From contig OZ024745.1 of assembly GCA_964016885.1 (NCBI GenBank), forward strand, positions 73,160,001 through 73,224,000: a stretch of 64,000 bases of DNA. The letters are read 5' to 3'. Below, piece by piece: positions 26,088 through 38,142 of this stretch. The first letter of the stretch is position 1; the number at the start of each line of letters is the position of its first letter. The notes below the pieces were generated by a model, which did not search any database, had not been told where the DNA came from, and saw nothing but the letters and a program-made list of their open reading frames with translations. Source of the stretch: Eledone cirrhosa. Taxonomy: Eukaryota. A program made the translations under genes and the position numbers.

Positions 26088-26354
26088 TTCCATTGCCACC
26101 AACTAATGCCACCGTTACAAATGTTACAACAAATAGTGCTTTTATTGAATGGAAATTTGACAACACAGCATCTTCTGGAAATGAATGGTTAATTCAATAC
26201 ACAAGTAATTTTGGCAGTTCCAAAAATATAACAAGTCACATGAAAAATATAACATTACAAATATCAGACGATGGTGCGAGATACAAAATAAATATATGGA
26301 CCATGTCTTACAATGTAACCAGTGAAAAATCTTTAAACACATCTTTTATTACTT
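26088..26354 (+). CDS. Host gene FN3 exon 9 (5' half array-like, 3' half unique)
   Basis: cttacag|...actt|gtaagt, 267 nt. Matches the array up to EWLIQY, then reads TSNFGSSKNITSHMKNITLQISDDGARYKINIWTMSYNVTS. Confidence 0.9.
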
Positions 26355-26734
26355 GTAAGTATCATCATTATCATCATATTCATCAGTTTATGCCTGCTTT
26401 CTATGCTATTAATATTGCCGCTGCTGCTAGTGTCACAGAATCTAAATTACATCTAGAAGAAAGCTTGTTGATGGCAAGACTCATTCATCAACACATTGTA
26501 ATCTTGTTTCTACTTTTTCAGATCTCTATTCATTTGTCACTTCTGCAGTAATGTATGGCGTTCTGAACTAGCAAGTTTTTTCTTATTTGCCCTCTTTTCC
26601 TTTGTTACTCTTACTTTATGGACATTAACTTTCTTTTTTCTATCTTGTCTGTAAAAATGAAACTAAATTCTGAAATATTCAACAAAAATGTACTCAGTCA
26701 TTGCAACATTTTGATAAATATTTCTTATTTCAAT

Positions 26735-29167
26735 ATCCTTCTTCTTCACCCACATATTCCTGAGATGGTCTTGGGGGCAGAGTCCTCAAAGACTCCCTCG
26801 AATAGGTCCCGTGAGAAGCAACCATCTTGAATTGATCCAGCTGGATCTCCAAGTGAGATCAGCCAAGCTTATGGATGTGATCCAACCATCTCGCTTGGGG
26901 TCTATGCCTGGGTCTCCTGCCATTTAGTTTTGCCCGTAAAATCTGTCCAGTGATTCTTTCCTGTAACATTCTAACTACATACCACTAGTATTGGAGCTGT
27001 GATCTCTGAATGCTGAGAAGTAGCAGCTCTACCTGGAGTGACTGTTTGATGTTTGAGCTACACACTTTATCGAGTAAAATTAAACGAAAGACCCTTTGGA
27101 GGAATCCTATTTCGGCTGCTTGTATTCATGACCATAGGAAAGGGTTGGCATGAATACAGAATTGAAGATAGTGAGTTTGGCTTTTACGCCTACCTCTCTT
27201 CTGATTAAGCCCACAAAACTGACAGGTAGGGGCGGCCTACATGATAATTGGGAAGCAATGGTAGATAAGGAAGTCTGGACCAGGTATGCAAATAATATTG
27301 CATCCAAATTCAGAGAACTCTCTGAGCAAACTGAGGAAGTTGAGACAGAGTGGAAATTGTTCAGTGCAGTAGTTTCTGCTTAAGTTGTTAAATGCTGTGG
27401 GCAAAAGAGGCTTGTTGTGGTGCCGGATGGCAGGAAGGCTCCTTGGTTCAGTCAAGAGGTCAAAGATGCCATCCCAGCAAAGAAGGGGGCTTACAAATCT
27501 TGGCTTGGAAATAAGTGCTGTAAAAGCAGTCACAAGGAATTGTAGCAGAGAGACAGTAAAGGCAACCAAAGTTAACGCATGGGAGGACTTTGAGATAAAG
27601 CTGGAATCTGACTTCAGATCAGCAAATAAAGTGTTCTGGCCGACCATCCACTGTCTTCATAGTAAGAAGCCCTCCTCCACACCTTCTATCAAGAAGGCAT
27701 CTGGGGTTCTCCTCTCTTCAGAGAGGTGTATCTTCATAATGTGGAGAGAATACTTTGCTGATCTCCTAAACACAATCACAACAGCATCTTCAGATGTACA
27801 CGAGGTGCATCTAGGAGCAGTGACTAATCTCTCAGAGGCTGAGCAGTTAAAGAGCTCAAATGTGGCAAAGCCTGTGGGGAAGATGAAATCTGGCGCAAGA
27901 TGTTAAATAATAATAATGACATTATTGTGTACAGTGCTCAGGTGCACTACAACTTATCAAAGGTGCATGTATAGTACATAGAATAATATACAAATGTCAG
28001 GGAAGTGAATAGTGTACGAGTCATGATATACATGTGTGCGTGCGTATGGAGGTTTTAATGGATGCAGTGTCTTGACAGCTAATAACTGATGCAGGTAGTT
28101 TGTTCCATGCTTCAGCAACTCTGAGCGTGAAAAAATGTTTCCGAAAGTCATGGGAGCTGTGCTGTTTTCTGACTTTGTGGGCATGCCCAGGTGTGTTAGA
28201 CACATGGAAATCAAAAAGGCACCCATGGTTGTTGTTGGCAAGATGGTTAATAATTTTGTGGGTGTTTACCAAGTCAGTTGCCAGACGTCGGAGCTTCAAT
28301 GTATCCATGTATCCATGTTAAAAGCCTTTAATAGAGAAGGTAATCTCTGGCTGACTTGTGTGAGCCGGATGGCCTCAATCTAGAAAGTCACCTAAGCAAT
28401 AGCAATCAGGAATGATAATCCCAATTTTCAGAAAGGGAGACAAGAGAGATTGTTCCAATTACAGAGGGATCTCTTTGTTAAGCCTCCCTGGTAAAGTCTA
28501 TGCTAAGTGTCTGGCAAAGAGATGCAGGGGGATTGTTGAGTTGAAGCTAGATGATAAGTGTGGTTTTCGCCTCTGACGCAGCTCAGCTGACCAAATATTG
28601 ACACTGTAGCAGGTATTCAAGAAATTGTGGGAGTATTGCTAAGAAGTGTATTGTTGTTTTGTCGATCTTGAAGAGGCATATAACCGTGTTCTTTGAGATC
28701 TGCTGTGGAAGGTTGTATAGGAGTATGGGATTGATGGTCAACTTCTTGCTGCCCTGATGTCTCTATATGAATGCTTGAGTGTTTGTGTTTGGATAAATGG
28801 TGCTAAATTAAAACCATTCAATGTGGGAGTCAGACTCTGTCAAGAGTGTGTACTGCCACCTCTCCTGTTCATTATTATTTGTAGTGGTATCATGACTGGC
28901 AGGTGTAAAATGAGTTGGCTGGAATCTGTAGATGACATGGTGTTACTTAGCTCAACAGATGATGATCTCAGATCTGCCCTTGATAGGTTTGATGCTGAGT
29001 GTTGCATGGCTGGAATGAAAATCAGTGCCGTGAAAACTGAGACAGTTGTCCTCTCTAGGAAGCCTGTGCAGTGCACTCTACATATGAATGGAGTTCCACT
29101 GAAGAGGGTAGAGAAGTTCAAGTATCTCGGGGCCATATTTGCAAGTGGTGGAAGGCATGAGGCTGAA
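26735..29167. mobile_element. Old RTE-clade LINE with a 5' inversion, bounded by a 10-bp TSD
   Basis: The 3' part lies on minus at 26735-~27225 (KAKLTIFNSVFMPTLSYGHE, (AAG)n tail). The 5' part lies on plus at ~27225-29167 (...LPPLLFII...VDDMVLL...KFKYLG). TSD ttatttcaat at 26725-26734 and 29168-29177. Confidence 0.8.
27908..28314 (-). mobile_element. CR1/L2-group LINE 3' fragment inserted in the old RTE
   Basis: LKLRRLATDL...TPGHAHKV...RKHFFTLRVAEAWNKLP is a typical CR1-group ORF2 C-terminus. (TAT)n tail; TSD atgttaaa at 27900-27907 and 28315-28322. Confidence 0.8.
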
Positions 29168-29396
29168 TTATTTCAATTTTGTTTTATATTTTTACTAGGA
29201 GACATTTAATTCTATCTGAAACTCTAATTTGAACCATTGTAATGTGACTGGAAGGAATATTTATGTTTGATTGAATTTATATTTGAATGTTTCTAAAACA
29301 TCATTAGGGATCATATAATTTAACAGTACCTTGTCAAAAATACTCAGCCAATCTTTATATTATTAAAATAATTTACTGTACTTTGTTTATTTTCAG

Positions 29397-29520
29397 TTCC
29401 TAATCAAGTTTCTGATGTTAAAATGGATCCTATTGAAAGAAATATTACAGTTACTTGGCTCAAACGTAAAACATTTACTTATACAGTTTGTTTAACTGAT
29501 CTAGCTGATTGTGTTCTAAG
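29397..29520 (+). CDS. Host gene exon, first half of an FN3 domain (phase 1-2)
   Basis: ttttcag|ttcct...ctaag|gtaagt; PNQVSDVKMDPIERNITVTWLKRKTFTYTVCLTDLADCVL. Confidence 0.82.
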
Positions 29521-30129
29521 GTAAGTTTGTTACATTATTGTTTAATTTAGTTTTCCAAATCTAATTTATTAAAATGTTAGAACAACTTGTTTAAGTTGTA
29601 TTCCTTTCTATCCTTTTGTGGGTTAGGGGCAATTGTTTTCCTGCTAATCACTGTTTCAACAGTTCAAATGTGATATTGTGTGTTAGTGTATGTTTTTTTT
29701 AGTAGAAAATAAATTTTTTTTTTATGTTCATTAAAGCTTTAAGAAGGTCTATCTTGCATCTTAATTGATCTGGAGTTTTAAATCAAAAATATTGAAATTT
29801 ACCTGATAAAACAAAGATTTATTAATGTAACTATAATCCATACCCATTTTGATTTAATAGGAGCTATTTGTATTTTAAGAACTCCACTTTTGTATAAATA
29901 TGTATCAGTATTTCTTTAATGAACAGTTATAATTAATAACACTTCATTCACATCTTATTACATTGTTGCTTTAGATTGATATTGAGCATGTCTTGAAAAA
30001 CATTCTTGTCAGTTACTTATCAGTTTGTTTGTTAAAGGTTATCATTATAGGCACAGAGTCTTCAATCAGTGTTGTGTATGAAACTATAAACAAATGAAAA
30101 AAATGTTAGGCCTGTGAATACATTACTAA

Positions 30130-31600
30130 CAATATGTCTCACATATGCAGTATGGTATGATAGTAGAAGAGGTGGCTTATTAAAGTTGAAAGGAAGCCAG
30201 GGCGCTCCATAGAAAGATGTGGCAAGGACCACAGGTGCCATATTAAAAATGTTCAGGGAATTAATGGACTCAGAATAGGGTCAGCAAAAGGAATGGCTAG
30301 AAGAATGAAGTGGGAGAAATTGTTGTAGACTTAAATGAAATTTAAGAAAGGTGAAAGAGATATGAGAGATTGTTGAATATGGAGAATAAATGGGATGGCA
30401 ACATAGAGAGCAATTCAGTTAGACTGGTGGAGGAGATAGTTGAGAAAGCATTGAGAAAGATAAAGAGTGGCAGGATAGGAGTGCTGACAGGGGTTGTGGG
30501 AGATATGTGAAAAGTAGTGGGAAGTTGGGGTGTAAAGAGAATGACAGATCTGTTAGTTGATGGTGAAAGAAGACTTTAAGCCAGAGGTTCTCAAACATTT
30601 TGGGCCATTGCCCCCACCTCATGGCAGTATCGCCCACTCTGAGAAGCTCTGCTTTAAACTATTGGAGCATGGAATAAAAGTATTAGGAGGGTTTACCATA
30701 GGACTTACTGTATGTAGATGACTTGGTGTTAATAGCAGAGAGTATGGATGAATTGAAGAAGATGATGAATGTATGGAGGCAAAAGGTATGAAGGTGAATA
30801 TTAGAAAGACAAAGGTAATGGCAAGTGGTATAGATTTTGGTGAGATGACCATGTGCAGGAAGGTTGATAGAGTGAACTCTATTAAATGTTTGATATATAC
30901 TAGGTAAAATGTAGTGGTGTGAAGGGATCATTAAATAATGTGGCAGCTATATTTAAGTGTCAACTGTACGGAGGGAGCTACTCATGGAGAGGATATTGAG
31001 CTAGATCTTGGGAATGGTGTGAATATGGAAAGTGTGGATATGTTTTTTTTTATCTTGAGGACATGTTGAATAGAGAGGGTTGATCAAACTCTGCAACAAC
31101 ATCCATAATGAGATGTGCATGGAGGAAGTTTCAGTGGTATGCTAATGAAGAGGGGAGTGTTGCTGAAACTGAAGAGAAAGGTTTATGCTGTGTGAAAAGT
31201 GTCATGTTTTATGGGTGTGAGACATGGGTGAGGAACATGGAGCAACACAGAAGGGTGTAAAGAACAGAATTGAGAATGGTCTGGTGGATGAGTGGAGTAT
31301 CACTGATAGAGAGGAAGACAGACAATGAATTACAGAGGATGATGGGAATAGAGCCAATGATGAATGTTGTGAACAGAAATGGAATAAGATGGTTGGCTTA
31401 TGTGTTAAGGAAGAATGAAAGTGAGAGTGATGGAAATGAATTTGGAAAGAGAAGACCTAGATATGGCTAAAGCTGATAGAGGAAGAAATGAAATCCAGGG
31501 AGTTGGTGAGAGGGGTGTAGATGAAAGGGAAAAATAGAGAAGCTTGTCATGGGATCCACAAGAGATGACCTTAAATTGCTAGTTATTGTTGTTGTATATG
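30130..31600 (+). mobile_element. Heavily decayed RTE LINE fragment
   Basis: Remnants of LLYVDDLVLIAES, KVNIRKTKVM, YGCETW and MRMVWWMSGVSL..NELQRMMGIE; related to 39060-40440. Confidence 0.65.
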
Positions 31601-31680
31601 TAATATAGAATATAGTGAGTTGAAAAACATTAATCAACTGAGATTATTCAAGCAATTAGTTGTCAGGAACTTTCCCTATA

Positions 31681-32830
31681 TCATCATCATTAACATCGTT
31701 TAACGTCTATTTTCCATGCTAACATTACTAGGACGGGCTGGTCCTTTGGGAGAGAATCAGGTTAGAGGACCATGTTTCGCTCACCCATGGCTGATTTTTG
31801 CTTGGTTTCTACAGCTGGATGCCCTTCTTAATGCTAACCACATTTACAGTGTGCTGGGTGCTTATTGTTGTGTCACCTACATGACCACTTTACAGTGTGG
31901 ACTGGGCACTTATTGTCATGTTGCCGACACATCCACTTTACAGTGTAGACTGGGCACTTTTTGTCATGACTCCTATGTGACCACATTACAGTGTGGACTG
32001 GGTGTTTTGTCTTGACGCATACAAAACCACTATACAGTGTTGGATGGGCCATTTCATGGTGAGGGATGGGAACTAGGGAGGGTGGAGGAAGAAGCTTGAG
32101 GAAATTGAGGACGTAGGTAATAGGGGAGGGATGGATTACAGCAAAGGGGAGGTGATAGGGAACGGTTTGGGCTATTAGATATATGCCTCAGCTCAAACAT
32201 ATGGGAGGGCGGGTCTTCTGTAGTACTGCATAGCGCCAGAGTCATGGACCTGTGTCATCGCCTTAGTGAGGTGTAATTGTGGTCAGCTTTTATTACCTCA
32301 TCCCAAGTCTTCCTAGGCCTGTCCACTCCATGGCTATCACCAACTTTTAGCGCTCTCCACCTTTTTATACAGCTGTCATTCTTTATATGCATCACATATC
32401 CATACCTACGCAATCTCCTCTCCTGCACACAACAACATATCCTTCTTATGCGTAATTTTTTCACACAGTACATTTATACTTTGCCATTCATGTATATTGT
32501 TATTGCACATACATCAAAGCATGGGGGCTTCATCTCTTTCCAATCTTTGCAGGTCCTCAGTACACAGTGCCTAGGTTTCGCTGCTGTGTAACATTGCTGT
32601 CTTATACATGGATCATACAGTCTGCCTTTGATTTTGAGGAAAAATCATTTTGTAGTTAGCAGTGGTAGTAGCTCTCTGAACTTTCTCCAACCCGATCTCA
32701 CTCTGGTTACTATGTTTTCAGAACACCCTCACCCACTACTGATTTGGTCACCCAGGTAGCAGAAACTATCTACCACTTCTACCGAGTCCACTGGGCATTT
32801 GAAAGTGATTGTATCCTGAGGGTGAATTTT
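31681..32830 (-). mobile_element. RTE LINE 3' fragment (related to families A/B) with an expanded 3' UTR subrepeat
   Basis: Minus strand [18 protein letters not shown]...[13 protein letters not shown]. About five tandem ~42-bp cactttacagtgtggactggg units at 31840-32050; (ATG)n tail at 31681. Confidence 0.8.
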
Positions 32831-32834
32831 ATCA

Positions 32835-33200
32835 TTGTCACTGGCACTACTACCAGTTGTGTTATATGGTCTTGACTGTGTTAATTGGATGACAAGGTTA
32901 CTTCAGAAGCTCTCTACATTCCCAAACCACATCATGAGACTTATGACTGGCAAGCGGCTCAGCGACCATATCTGTATCAGTGAGCTGCTCAACATTACCA
33001 AACTTAGACCAGTTACATCAATTGTCAAGTCAAGAGTACTCAAACTACATGGCCATATAAAAAATTAACTCGTGGTGTGAGTAGGAAGGAAGGTTGGTTG
33101 GTAAGAGAAGCAGAGGCCGGCAGCTAAAAGGATGGCTTGACAATGTCAACTTATGGATTGGACTTAATCTTTGCTCTTTGAACTCTGCTGCTGGCAGAGT
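32835..33200 (+). mobile_element. Decayed RTE-like 3' fragment, different family
   Basis: LLPVVLYGLD...KLSTFPNHIMRL...VKSRVLKLHGHI followed by a GR..KRWLD-like remnant. Confidence 0.55.
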
Positions 33201-34575
33201 TTAGCGTCACAAAAAGACCTTGCAGTATTTGTTTCAACTCTCTGCACTTTATACTGAAACCTTGCCATTATCAACTGTACTTTTCATCCTTTATAGCTTG
33301 AGAAAATGAAGTACCAGTCTAGGATTAAGGACATTTTTAGGGTGTTTCATGAAATGCCTTGTGATATTTATTCTGGCTTTTTGTGTTCTAAGTTCAAATC
33401 TTATGGTGATCTATTTGGGTGATAGACTTAATCTGTTCCTCAGTTTAACCTGGACCTTGGGTGTCTTTAAAGAAATCCACTCTGTTGCAAACATTCAGAC
33501 CAGATCTCCTCTTTAAGGATACCTTCCTCCTTCTTATTTCAGAATCGAGTCCTTGACTAAACTTTAAAAAAAAAGTAGCATAATTTATTTGGTTGAATTT
33601 TTAAAATGATCTTAGTCTTTCAGAGACTGTATTATTTTTATATCAGTTGTAGTTGTATACAAGAAAGAAATATTTGTGTTGATAATTACAACTATATGAA
33701 TTTCAATCTGACTCTGACTAATATATATTTGATCTCTTAGATTATTTAATATTTTAGCTGAATAATGCATGGTGGATGGAATAAAGATTTTAAAAAGATG
33801 TTGCTGTATATAATGAATAGTGATTTTTAATCATTCAATAGAGTTTGAAATTGTTATAAAGACTATTTTCCAAATTAAATATTAATTATTGATGTCAATT
33901 GTTAACAATTGACTTATATAATTTGTTTTATTTTCTTTAGTTTGTTACATTTAAAATGCTCCTTCATTTTCAATCCATTATATATAGATATTTTCCAAAT
34001 TATTTAACAGCAATTAAAAAGAACAACAATACTGTTTAGTATCAATATGAAAAAGAAAATTTTGATGGCATCTGAATATCTCAGATGCATCTCAGTTTAC
34101 AGATAAATTATTTGTTTTTTTTTTCATGTAATATTTATGTTCCAAACACCAAATGTTATACAGTGATAGAAAATATTAAAAACGGATAAAAACAAAATTA
34201 AGAGGGAAAAAAGGGGACAAAGTAAAGAAGAGCAAATCTGGCTGTGTAGGAAAGTAAAGGAAAGAACTATAAATACCACAAATGAGAAGAAAAGGAGTGA
34301 AAGAGCAAGGACTATTAGGCAAGAAAGAAAGAGGAGAAGAGGAGAGGGTGACATACTCTATACCTAGGTTGGCGCAGTGTTTTCACCTCATCCTATTATA
34401 TAGTCTCTTGTTATAAACTTTTATTTCAAAAGTATCAACATTAGGAGTATTTTAGTTTTTTTCAAATAGTAATGAAAGGGGTAACATAAACAATATATAA
34501 TTGAGATAGATATAAATATTTAAACTAGAGTTTGTGTTGTCATCAATACTTGTAAACTGAATCTTTTATTTTTAG

Positions 34576-34691
34576 GAACAACAATAATTACACATTTCGC
34601 AACCTGATAGCTGGAAAAAAATACACTGTTTCTATTACTGTGCATTCTTATTCTCGAAACAGCAGTGTATATAAAATATCTAAAATAATTC
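34576..34691 (+). CDS. Host gene exon, second half of an FN3 domain (phase 2-1)
   Basis: ttttag|gaac...attc|gtaagt; NNNNYTFRNLIAGKKYTVSITVHSYSRNSSVYKISKII. The phase matches 29520. Confidence 0.85.
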
Positions 34692-35107
34692 GTAAGTCTT
34701 TGATAAAAATCTTACCATTGTTAATATTACTAAATGTGATTCAACACAATAATACTAACTTGAATATTAATTACTTAGAAGACTGAACTCTTGTTTCAAC
34801 ATCATAATGTAAGGCAGTATGTTGCCAATATCATATTTTATATTGAATGAATAGTTTCTATGATTTTCAAATACTTGTTATATGTCCTGTAAATTCTTAA
34901 AGGTGGCCTTAATTTGAAATTTTAAGGTCAAATTCGTTTTTACATAATTACATAATTTAAGTACAGCTGAAATTTCATAGCAAAATTATTTTTAACAACT
35001 TTTCTTACATGTATACTAAAATATGGATGAATGTTGATAAAGATATATTTTATTTCTCTTGTGACAGTGAGAGAGGAGGATATTAAATACATTTTCTATT
35101 TTTACAG

Positions 35108-35374
35108 CTCCATTGCCACCATCTCGTGTGATTAATGCAAGTATTACAAATAGTGTACTTTTCCTGGAATGGGATTTTAATGCCAATATATCTGTTGTTA
35201 GTGAATGGATTATTGAATACAAAATTGAAACTGTGAACAATTACACTAGTGTTAAAACAAACCTCACAAGCATACAATTAAAATTAACCGATGGTGTGGC
35301 ATATCAGTTTCGAATATGGACTATATCTCTTAATGTGACCAGTACATCTAATTTAACTTTTGGCCTTTTCACTG
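35108..35374 (+). CDS. Host gene FN3 exon (267 nt, phase 1-1), diverged paralog of the array exons
   Basis: tttacag|ctcca...actg|gtaagt; PLPPSRVINASITNSVLFLEWDF...SEWIIEY...DGVAYQFRIWTISLNVTS. Confidence 0.9.
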
Positions 35375-35599
35375 GTAAGTTATATTCCTTTATTCTCTTA
35401 CTAGTTTCAACAACAGGAAGAGAATGTAAATAATAGTAAGCCTCTCCCTTCTATGAACTGCCTTTATTACATTACCTTAAATAAATGGAGACTATAGATC
35501 AGTGAGGGCTGTTTAGTGTTGCAGAGTACAGGGAAACTTCACTAATATTTATACCTCAATAAAATACATCAAGTACAGCCTGTAAATTGGTCAGTGATA

Positions 35600-36830
35600 G
35601 GAATGGCATTCCTAACATGTCTAGGAAAACAGTAATTTATAATGCACAGAAATGATCAGCACCATCTACAGTTAATTCCACTGGGACCTTCTTTATTCAG
35701 ATTTCTCTGAGATGTTGCCACAAGAAATCTTAGCTAAATATTAGGTCTGAACACAGATTCCTCAAAATGCTGAACCCTATGGTAATGTATGACTGTTTAT
35801 TAAGGTTAAGGGTTAGGTCTACAATAGTATAGCCTTTAGAACTGGAATTTAATGTTTTCTGAACCTTAGTAATATATTTACTGTACAAGTAAACCTTTAA
35901 TTTTAGAACCTGCACAGCTTTCTTGCTATGGTAATAATAAATGCTGCAGGAATCTAATAGAACACTTGACCTTTTTCTATTCACTATCACAGAGGTTGCA
36001 GCTTGAATAAGTCCCTGTGGTACATGAATACATGTGGCCTGTATATGAAAGTTGACTACTGTCATTATTGAGCTTGACAATGCCTTGGGTTTGCACAGAG
36101 GAGCATAATATTCTTTCTTCAATATGTATTGCAAATAACTTTGCATACTGGACAGTTATTTTGTAGATAAGAGAAACCATAAAAGAGATATTTCTGTCTC
36201 ATATTGTAAGAGGTCATTTCATCTAGTTCCTTTCAAGCAACTGGAAATTTACAATAATGTGTATACATCATTACTGGGCTGATTTATGCCTAACACTGAT
36301 GCTTGATTATAAGTAGTTTGGTGGCCCAGAATAATTCTTTCTAAGAGGAGCTAGCAAATTGCAAGTAAGACTACAACAGCAATGTATACATTATGCATTG
36401 CCTCATTACCACTTCGCTCTGTGCTACAATCCCAGAAGATGAAGTCTCTCATTAGTTTCTCCATCTCTGAAAAATTCATTCTAGGTTTCTTTTGGTTTTG
36501 GTTACCTAGTAGTTAGTAAATGTCCAGCTGAAACCTTTTAGGGGAGTTTTCACATATAAGCTGTCCAATTTAGAAATGGCTAATTTAAAATTCTCAAACC
36601 CTTCAACATATTCAAAGATACTGGATTTTATGCAGCTTAATAGAGTCCTGTATTTATTCAGCGTTTTGTCCTAATAGTTTTTCAAAGTAAGCTAGCCATT
36701 GTTGCTACATCCTGGCAGTTGTCCTGCAAGCTAGAGCCAGTGTCTAACCTTTTAAGGATTCATATCATTTCCTTTTTTGATATTAAGTTGAATAAATTGT
36801 AATGAAAACAAAACTTGGTGACTGCTTTTC
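35600..36830 (-). mobile_element. Decayed Ty3/Gypsy-like gag-protease remnant
   Basis: Minus strand has a degenerate double zinc knuckle (CPVCKVICN...YYAPLCK) followed by aspartic-protease-like VIVNRKRSSVLLDSCS ... LCSDLIF. Confidence 0.5.
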
Positions 36831-37689
36831 AATCTTCATTCAACTTGACTGTATAGTTACGGTCTAGTTTTACATAATTTAATTTCACAATTTATAACAT
36901 AATCTATACAACAGAATATTATGGCACATAGCATTCCTGTTTTAACTATGGAAACCCATATTACTACACACTAATTAATAGTAACATTATAAGCATGTAA
37001 GTTTTAAATTAACTAATACTATCATTTCATAAACAAAACTTATGAAATATGTTAGGAAGCTCAGTGCAATGAAACATGTAGAATATGAAGTCATTAGCAT
37101 GGATCCTAGTGCACTAAGATATTACAGCCTTTAGTTATAATTCCTTTTTATAGAGGATGGGGATCAGTCACATTTCTTAAACAGTCATACAATGTGGTTA
37201 TTGTAACCGTGTACTAGTACACTATGTTTATGTATTCCACAGTAAATAGGAAATAAATTTTGCCAAAGACTTGGAAATAGATCTAACTGTAATGTTACAA
37301 TGATAGCCATACAATATATTCTAGCAGCTACTGACCTCACTTTCAGGACATCATAGATATGCCTTTGCTTCAGTTTTTTTCCTCCCACTGTTATTGAACA
37401 CTTACTATGCTTGGTTTTGTCTCTTTAACTGCTCATTTTCTTGTATCATTATAGACTTTTTGTACAATACAAAATGAGTTGATGAGCAAAAGCTTTGCCC
37501 AACTTAAAATATTGTACACACACACACAAACACATATATACCTGAAATTTGTAAACAGGCTACAGCTAATTGCCAGTCACTCTAACTTCTAACATTTCAA
37601 CTTGAATCTCTCTCTTTAATGACCACTAGTATGACTTCCTTAAAATAAGATCTATTGGAAACCTACTCCTAGTTGTTACTCACCTTTGG

Positions 37690-38130
37690 ATACACATCTC
37701 TGAAAATGTGTTAAAGAAAATGTTTTCAATCAACAAAGTATTTGTGTCTGGCTTATGAATCTTCCAGCTAACCTGCCTGTCTATATATTTCACCTGTTAG
37801 ATTACATCTCCATGGTATATGCTGATAGAGCTCTCTCTGATCTACAGATAAATGTACCATGTATCAAGGTTTTGTTTTTTTTCCTCACACTTCTCCTATA
37901 CATCAACAGCTTACTTGCTCTCATCTTCAACAACACCCACTATTATGCAGAGAATGTCATCTTTTACACATCCATAACCTTTTGCATCTAAACAGGCACA
38001 CACAACCTAATCAACTTGTGTCAAACCTGCATAGACTCCATGAAAATAAATTTTGACAGACCATCCCAGTAAAGGCCATGCCAATTTTTTCTCTTTCAAC
38101 AAAGACACGATCACCATATACATCAATTAA
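37690..38130 (+). mobile_element. Very decayed L2/CR1-like RT fragment
   Basis: ...LLLYINSLL...NNTHYYAENVIFY resembles RT motifs B and C. Confidence 0.35.
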
Positions 38131-38142
38131 ACAGTCCTTTGT

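Larger units (their letters stand above)
16981..26200 (+). repeat. Tandem array of ~8.1 near-identical 1133-bp units, each one FN3 exon plus intron
   Basis: Exon starts are spaced 1133, 1133, 1133, 1133, 1133, 1133, 1132 and 1136 bp apart. Introns are nearly identical, and each contains an RTE-3'-end-derived fragment (ggttggcattagggagggcatccagctgtagaaac). Confidence 0.97.

Noticed and set aside
17027-26551. The 92-165-aa ORFs as a family of small standalone secreted genes (MKSYCFILFLTV looks like a signal peptide)
   Set aside because: The starts are GTG/TTG, and the hydrophobic leader is the translated polypyrimidine tract. Canonical AG/GT sites and phase continuity show they are exons of one gene.
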